64,000 bases of DNA. Source: Blastocladiella emersonii ATCC 22665. Its lineage: Eukaryota; Fungi; Blastocladiomycota. Below are positions 58,466-64,000 of the stretch, one piece after another. The first letter of the stretch is position 1. Every line of letters begins with the position of its first letter. Position numbers and translations under genes: made by a program. The stretch is taken from contig JANHCV010000013.1 in assembly GCA_025594325.1 (NCBI GenBank), positions 1,240,001 through 1,304,000 of the forward strand, read 5' to 3'. The notes below the pieces were generated by a model. That model worked only from the letters and a program-made list of their open reading frames with translations, was not told where the DNA came from and made no database searches.

Positions 58466-59120
58466 ATGAACATCTCGGCCCACGACAGCAGCATCCTCGA
58501 CCTCATCTTCAGCCCCGGCGCCCACGGCGCGCCCGCGCCCGCCCCGCCAAAGCCCGACCCGGCGCGCCCGAGCCCCTCAGCCCAGGGTCCGTCCTCCCGC
58601 CCTCTGCACCCAGCACCAACTGACACCCCAACCCGCCGTAGCCATCGCCGCCCTCGACCCCGCCACCGCGTCCGAGATGCGCCGCCTCGAGGCCCGCGGC
58701 ATCGAGCTGGCCGAGACCGCCGCCGACACGCCCGCTGCCATCGCCGCCTTCACGTCCGCGCTGGCCCTGTGCCCGGCGAACGCCTCGGTCCTCAACAACC
58801 GCGCCCAGGCGTACCGGCTTCTGGGCGATCTCGACGCGGCGCTCGCCGACCTCAACGCCGCCATCGCGCACGGCGCGGGCGACAGTTTCGTGCTCAAGCA
58901 GGCCCACACGCAGCGCGCCGTCGTGTACAAGTCGCTCGCGCAGCCCGACCAGTCGCTCGCCGACTTCGAGGCCGCCGCGCGCCACGGCAACGAGATTGCG
59001 CGGATCGCCGCCGTCAAGGAGAACCCCATTGCGCAGCTGTGTAACGCCATGGTCACGGACCTCATGGCGCAGTACCACGCGCCGCCACCTTCTGCTGCTG
59101 AGGGCGAGAAGAAGAACTAA
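58466..59120 (+). CDS. TTC36: TPR protein, TTC36-like
   Basis: HDSSILDLIFSP N-terminus, ASVLNNRAQAYRL...DLNAAI, QAHTQRA, DFEAAARHGN and NPIAQLCNAM. Intron 58587-58641. Confidence 0.75.
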
Positions 59121-59131
59121 TGTACATGGAT

Positions 59132-61376
59132 TTACTTGCTCCCCGACCGCTCCATGAGCCGCGACCCCGACGACCGCAGGTACGACGCGGCGTTGGGCGG
59201 CGGCCAGAACGCCGTCGGGATCTCGCTCACCGTGGTCGCCTTTGAGCTCGTGCTCTCGTCCAGCGCCACCGTGCTCTGCGACGCGCTCGCACTCGCCGTG
59301 GTCGTCTCGGTCGCCACGCTGCTCGCGCTCCCCGACACCACCCGCCGCACCTCAACGTTTCCGGGCGGTGGCGGCGAGCTCGGCCGCACGCTCGCCTGAC
59401 GCTGCCTCCCCGCCGATGAACCGGGTCGGTGTCCAGCGGGACTGGCTGCCGCGCGCCGCGACCCGACCAGCTTGCTCCCCGCCGCGTTGCTCGCCGCCGA
59501 CACGGCAAACACGTGCGTCGCGAGCTCCGCGATCTTGCGCCGCACCGCCAACGACCGCCCCGCGTGTTCGCCGTCCGACGGCAGCTACTCCGCCCAATGC
59601 GTCAGTCACGGCGTCACCGCGAGTGAGGTAACGCGTACCTTGAGCTCCTCCCTTCTCCTCTGCTCCTGCAACGTGCCCCACTGGCCCGGCGGGACGTACC
59701 ACGCGCCGCCGTACCTGGCGCCGGGCGCCATCGCCTTCCCCTCCCCCACCCTCTTCCCTCCCCCACCGGCGCCGCGCCACGCCGGCCGCACCGACACCCG
59801 CCTTCTCGCCGCCGCCACGGCCTCGTCGCGCTCGCGCATCGTCGCCGCACACTCGTCGGACCGTTCAACCCGCATCACCTGCTCCGCCGCCGTGGGGGGC
59901 ACGTGCCGGTCCACGCGCACGATGAAGTGCGCCGCGTCGCTGCCCGCCGTCCACTTGGCCGCGGCCGCGGAGGCGGGGGTCGGCGGCGCGCCGCTGGCGC
60001 GGGAGGAGGTGGGGGAGGGGAGGTTCAGCTGCGCGCGGTAGTGCTCGAACACGGACGTGCCGGGTTTGCGGTCCGACGGCTCTGCGGCGGCGGGTGGTGG
60101 TGGGGGAGGTGGTGGTGCGAAGTCGGCCGGCGAGGAGGGGAGGGGGATGGTCAGCGGGTGGTGTGGTTTCTGCACCACGGTGCTCGGCGACGCGCCCAGC
60201 GTCGATGGTCGCCGGCTCGGCGCTTTGGCCGCGGACGAGGTCCGTCTTGACGCGGTCGACGACGTGGGCACCGTCGTCGATCCGGCCCTCGACGCGCGCG
60301 ACGGCGGCGGCGGAGCGGGCGTCTCCCCCACCACCACGGCCGCCGCGGTCCCCGTCCCCGCGTCCCGACTCGTGACGACGAGGCCGGAGTACTTTTTCCT
60401 TGGCGGCATGCCGCCCTTGCCCTCTGTCCCCTCCTCCCACGCGTACTGGTTCCACGCGCCGCCGCGGTACTGGTGCGCGAGCAAGTGTCCGTCGGTCCCG
60501 CAGATGGAGTTGGCGCGCGACCGCGTGTGCGGCGACGGCGCGCGGACCGAGTTGCGCCGCGACCCGATCAGCGGGTTTGGGACGAGAACCGGGATCACGA
60601 GCTCCATGTACTCTTGCAGGTGTCTACGGTTTGGCGGGGCGTGAGTGAGTGAGGGGTGTGGGAGGGAGAGGGGGACGGACCGCCACAGGCCAGGGTACGA
60701 CGACTCGACCAGGTTCGACATGCGCTCGACGCGGTCGTCCTCGATATCTATGTTCGTGGTCGTGAGTCTCACCCGCGCCCAGTAGATCCGCTAGCGTACC
60801 CTTCTCGTGCTCAATCGTCGCCGCCTGCTCCGCCACCGCCCCGCCCCTCGGCACCACGCCCGCGCCCGGCTGCTGCTCGTGCCGGAACAGCCCGCGCGGG
60901 CCGAGCCAGAGATCGTGCCCGAGCGCGGCAACGAGCTGGAGCACGCCCTCGACATCCATGGGCTCGCAGCGGTACGCCGCGTACCCAGCATGGTCCGCGG
61001 CCTCGCGGTGCGCAAACGCCGCGAGACACGCGCACAGCTCCTCCTGGATCGGGCTCAGGTACACGTCGTCGTCGGGGTCCGTCGACATGGTCTCGCTGCC
61101 GAGCAGGGATTCCGAGGGGAGGCGCGAGCTGGACGAGCCGGCGGTCGCGAGGCGTAAGGTGGAGGGGAGGGAGGCGAGCAGGCCCTCGACGCCGACGCGG
61201 CTCGTCGCCTTCACGAGCGTGCGGACGGCGAGGACCAGCATGTGTCGCTCCAGATGCGACCACAGGCACTCGGGCTCGTTTGAAGCGGGCGCGGTGGTGG
61301 CGGCGGGGGTGCATGACGGGGACGGTGGCCGGCGCCGGAGCAGGGCCGCGGGCGGGTCGCTGACTTTGAAGTGCAT
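59132..61376 (-). CDS. Multi-exon hypothetical protein
   Basis: GC3-biased exons joined at GTACGC/GTCCGT donors (near 60797, 60665 and 59640). Globular N-terminus, Pro/Ser-rich middle, GAWYVPPGQW motif. Exon boundaries are approximate. Confidence 0.55.
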
Positions 61377-61520
61377 TGGTTTACGTTTATGGGGAGGAGA
61401 GAGCGAAGACGGAGACGTGCGCGTGCGAAGAGTCGTCCTTGCCGCGTCGCGTCGCGTCGCGTCGCGAGACGGGGACATCTCCCACCATCGCGCGTCGCGT
61501 TCAATAAAAACCCAATCTAT

Positions 61521-63011
61521 TCACGACGTCGACAACGACCCGAGCGCGCGTCTTAGGTCCTGGATCGGCTCGACAGGCAGGCCCTGCATGACAGCCTCCA
61601 TCTTGGCGTACACTGCTCCGCGTCGCTCCCACTCGGCCAACCTCGCCCGGACCGCGGCGTGCGCCTCGGCCTCGTCGGCCAGCTGCTTCCTGACAGCCGC
61701 GAGCTCGGCCTCGACCTTGGCGACCTGCGCGCGCATCGCGGCCGCCTCGTGCCGTGCCTCGGTCACCTCGCCGCGCATCCCGGCCGCGGCCGCCGCCTCG
61801 GCCTCGCCGCGGTCGCGCTCCTGGCCCAGCTCGTCGTGCAGCCGCATCGCCGCGAGCTCGCGCGTGTGCATCGCGTCGTGCGCCTGCGCGAGCGCGCGGT
61901 CTTTCTGCTCCACCACCGCCTTGGCCGCGACCAGCTCCGCCGTCAGGTCGCGCACGCGCCGGTGCAGCGTCTCGGTCTCCTCGACCTTGGCCGCAACACG
62001 CACCTCCGCGTCCCGCGAAACCCGCGCGAGCTCGGCCTCCGCGGCCGCGAGCCGCCCGCCGACCCGCGCGTGCTCGCCCAGGAGCTCCTGCATCTCGGCC
62101 TCGCACCGGCGGCGGACCTCGGCCTCGTGCGCGAGCGCGAGCTCGACGTGGCGCAGCTGCGCCGCGGCTTTCGCGCGCGCGGCCTCCGCGTCGCGCGCCG
62201 CCGTCTGCGCCGCCTCGAGGGCGAGCTGGACTCCGGCGTGCGACTCGGCGCGCACGCGCAGGTCCGTGACGACTGCCTGCGCCTCGTCGTGCAGGGAACG
62301 CCACTTTTCCTCGCGCGCGGTCGCTGCGGCCACGTCGGACTTGAGGCGAACGCACTCGGCCTGCGCCGCGGCCGTCGCGGCTTGCAGGGTTTCGACGGTC
62401 TGCTTCGCGCGCGCGGCCGCCGAGGTGAGGCGCGAGACTTCGGCGTGTTTCGCGGCGACCTGCGACTCCCACTCGGCCGTGGCGCGGAGCAAGCGCCGGT
62501 GCGATTCCGCGAGGTCGTCGCGGACCTGGGCGAGCTCGGTCTCGAGGTCCCGCGCGCGCGCGGATTCGGACGCCGCGGAGGCGGTGGCCGCGGCGGTCGC
62601 GGCGTCAGCGGCGGACAGGCGGTCTTGGAACTGGCGCTTCAGCGCGGTCACGTCCTCGGTGGCTTCTTTTTCGGACAGGGACTTGTTGCTCCGTCTACAC
62701 GGCACGCGTGTCAGGTGTGCGGCGAGAGGGAACGCGGTGAGCGTGACGTACAGGAACCGCGTCTCGAGCTCGAGCAGGTAGATCTGCTGCTGCAGCGACT
62801 TGACAAAGTCGTCCTGGGTCTTGCGCTGCGCCGCCTTGGACGCCGACGACATGGGCGAGGGCTTTGAGAGAGAGCCCGTCTTGCCGCTCGCGCCTACACA
62901 CGGTCACACCGCGTCAGGGCTCGTCGGGTCGGCAGGTCCGGGGCGAGCAAGCGGACCAGGAAACACGGTGCCCTTGACAGGGCTCTTGGCGGGGAACGCG
63001 CTAAAGTTCAT
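61521..63011 (-). CDS. Coiled-coil protein, unknown function
   Basis: Ala/Glu/Arg-rich heptad pattern with DDFVKSLQQQIYLLELETRFL motif. Probable introns at 62862-62909 and near 62695-62750. Confidence 0.65.
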
Positions 63012-63099
63012 GGTGTCGCGGAATGCATGTGCTTTCGGTTGTGTAGGTGGTGCGGTTGGTGGAGAGGAGAAGCGGTGAGGTGACGCGACGTGCGCGGCG

Positions 63100-63140
63100 G
63101 AACGCGTCGAGCAATCACGTTTTGTCTCACGACGCGTCTC
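63100..63140. promoter_or_regulatory. Variant double composite motif (ACGCGTCG-AGCAAT-CACGTTT with a second CGACGCGTCTC)
   Basis: Two ACGCGT cores flank an E-box-like site about 90-130 bp upstream of ATG 63011. Confidence 0.4.
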
Positions 63141-63255
63141 GCACCGCGACTCCTCGCAACTGTCGAAACTGAGACGGGCAGTAACACAAACTGTAGCTGT
63201 ATGATGGAGGTGATATGGGAAGACACAAAAAGAGCTGTAGGGGTACAAGTTGGAC

Positions 63256-64000
63256 CTACGCGGCGAGGAGGATCGCCGCGATCGCCGCAACGACCGCGAC
63301 GCCAAACGACGCGGCGGCGGACCGTGGCGCGGGCGACTTGCCGAGCCCGGACGCGCTGGTGTTCACGTCCGTGAGCCCTCCGGTCCCCGCCTTGACGGGG
63401 TCGACGACGCCCGTGGCGGTCGCGGGCGGGACCGTGGCGATGCCCGCGGGCTGGATGTAGTCGCAGCGGAGGTTGCAGTACTCGGAGTCGGGGATGCACC
63501 ATTTCGAGGTGCGCTTGTAGGGCGGGTTGAGGGGGACCGGGTACACCTTGTTGATGGCGTTGATGAGCGAGTCCTCGGGCGCGGGCAGGTCCTGGTTCGA
63601 GTTCCACAGCATGATGCCGCCGAGCCCCTGGTCAATGACCCACTTGGCCTTCTCGGCGACGGTCGCGGGCGAGTCGATGAACCACGACGCCGTGCCGTTG
63701 TTGAAGATGTTGATGCCGCGCTTCGTGTCCACGTACGACTTCCACTTGGCGTCCTTGCGGAACATGTTCATCAGGATGTTGTACGCCGTCGGCTCCGTCA
63801 TCTGCACCTTGTTGGCGCCGACGGGGATCCCGAACCCGGGGATCCCGTCGCGCGACTGCATCCGGTCCGTGAGACCCATCCACCCGTTGCCGTACAGCGG
63901 GATGCCGACCACTACGCGCACCGATCAAGTCAGCAAGCAGATCACTCGCTTTCCTCACCCAAAAAATGACGTACCGAGCTTCTCCTTGGCAAACCCGAGA
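63256..64000 (-). CDS. GH18 chitinase, 3' part, with probable GPI signal
   Basis: KEKL|VVGIPLYG.GW, FIDSPATVAEKAKWVIDQGLGGIMLW, S/T-rich linker and hydrophobic C-terminus. Intron at about 63911-63973. The gene continues beyond the window. Confidence 0.88.

Noticed and set aside
61442-61465. (GCGTC)n microsatellite upstream of the 61376 gene
   Set aside because: Only about 4 units in GC-rich DNA, so no function can be supported.
1-64000. tRNA, rRNA or other structured RNA genes
   Set aside because: None recognised by eye. A tRNAscan-SE/Infernal search would be needed to exclude them.

Overview
GC-rich eukaryotic DNA with short (about 50-70 nt) GT-AG spliceosomal introns (GTACGT/GTCCGT/GTGCGT donors, CTAAC/CTGAC branch sites). 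The gene content and style suggest an early-diverging, probably zoosporic fungus such as a Blastocladiomycota (inference). The window has two compartments. Positions 1-51 kb are an accessory, rapidly evolving region: a PIF/Harbinger transposon, two further TIR elements with CAC-type ends that each split a host gene, about 10 copies of an F-box-like/CxxC family, 3-4 copies of an F-box-like/ankyrin-like family, 3 DUF4470 genes, a subtilisin fragment, a decayed bacterial-type amino-acid permease and a catalytically dead metacaspase fused to DxDxDG repeats. Many of these copies are pseudogenes. Positions 52-64 kb are a compact block of apparently intact genes (beta-trefoil-like protein, SYF1, TTC36-like, two unknowns, GH18 chitinase). 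A fixed-spacing motif GACGCGTCG-N6-CAYGTGA occurs 7 times perfectly plus variants, often 80-145 bp upstream of unrelated accessory genes in the sense orientation. Exon structures were worked out by hand, and family assignments are by motif recognition only, with no database searches.
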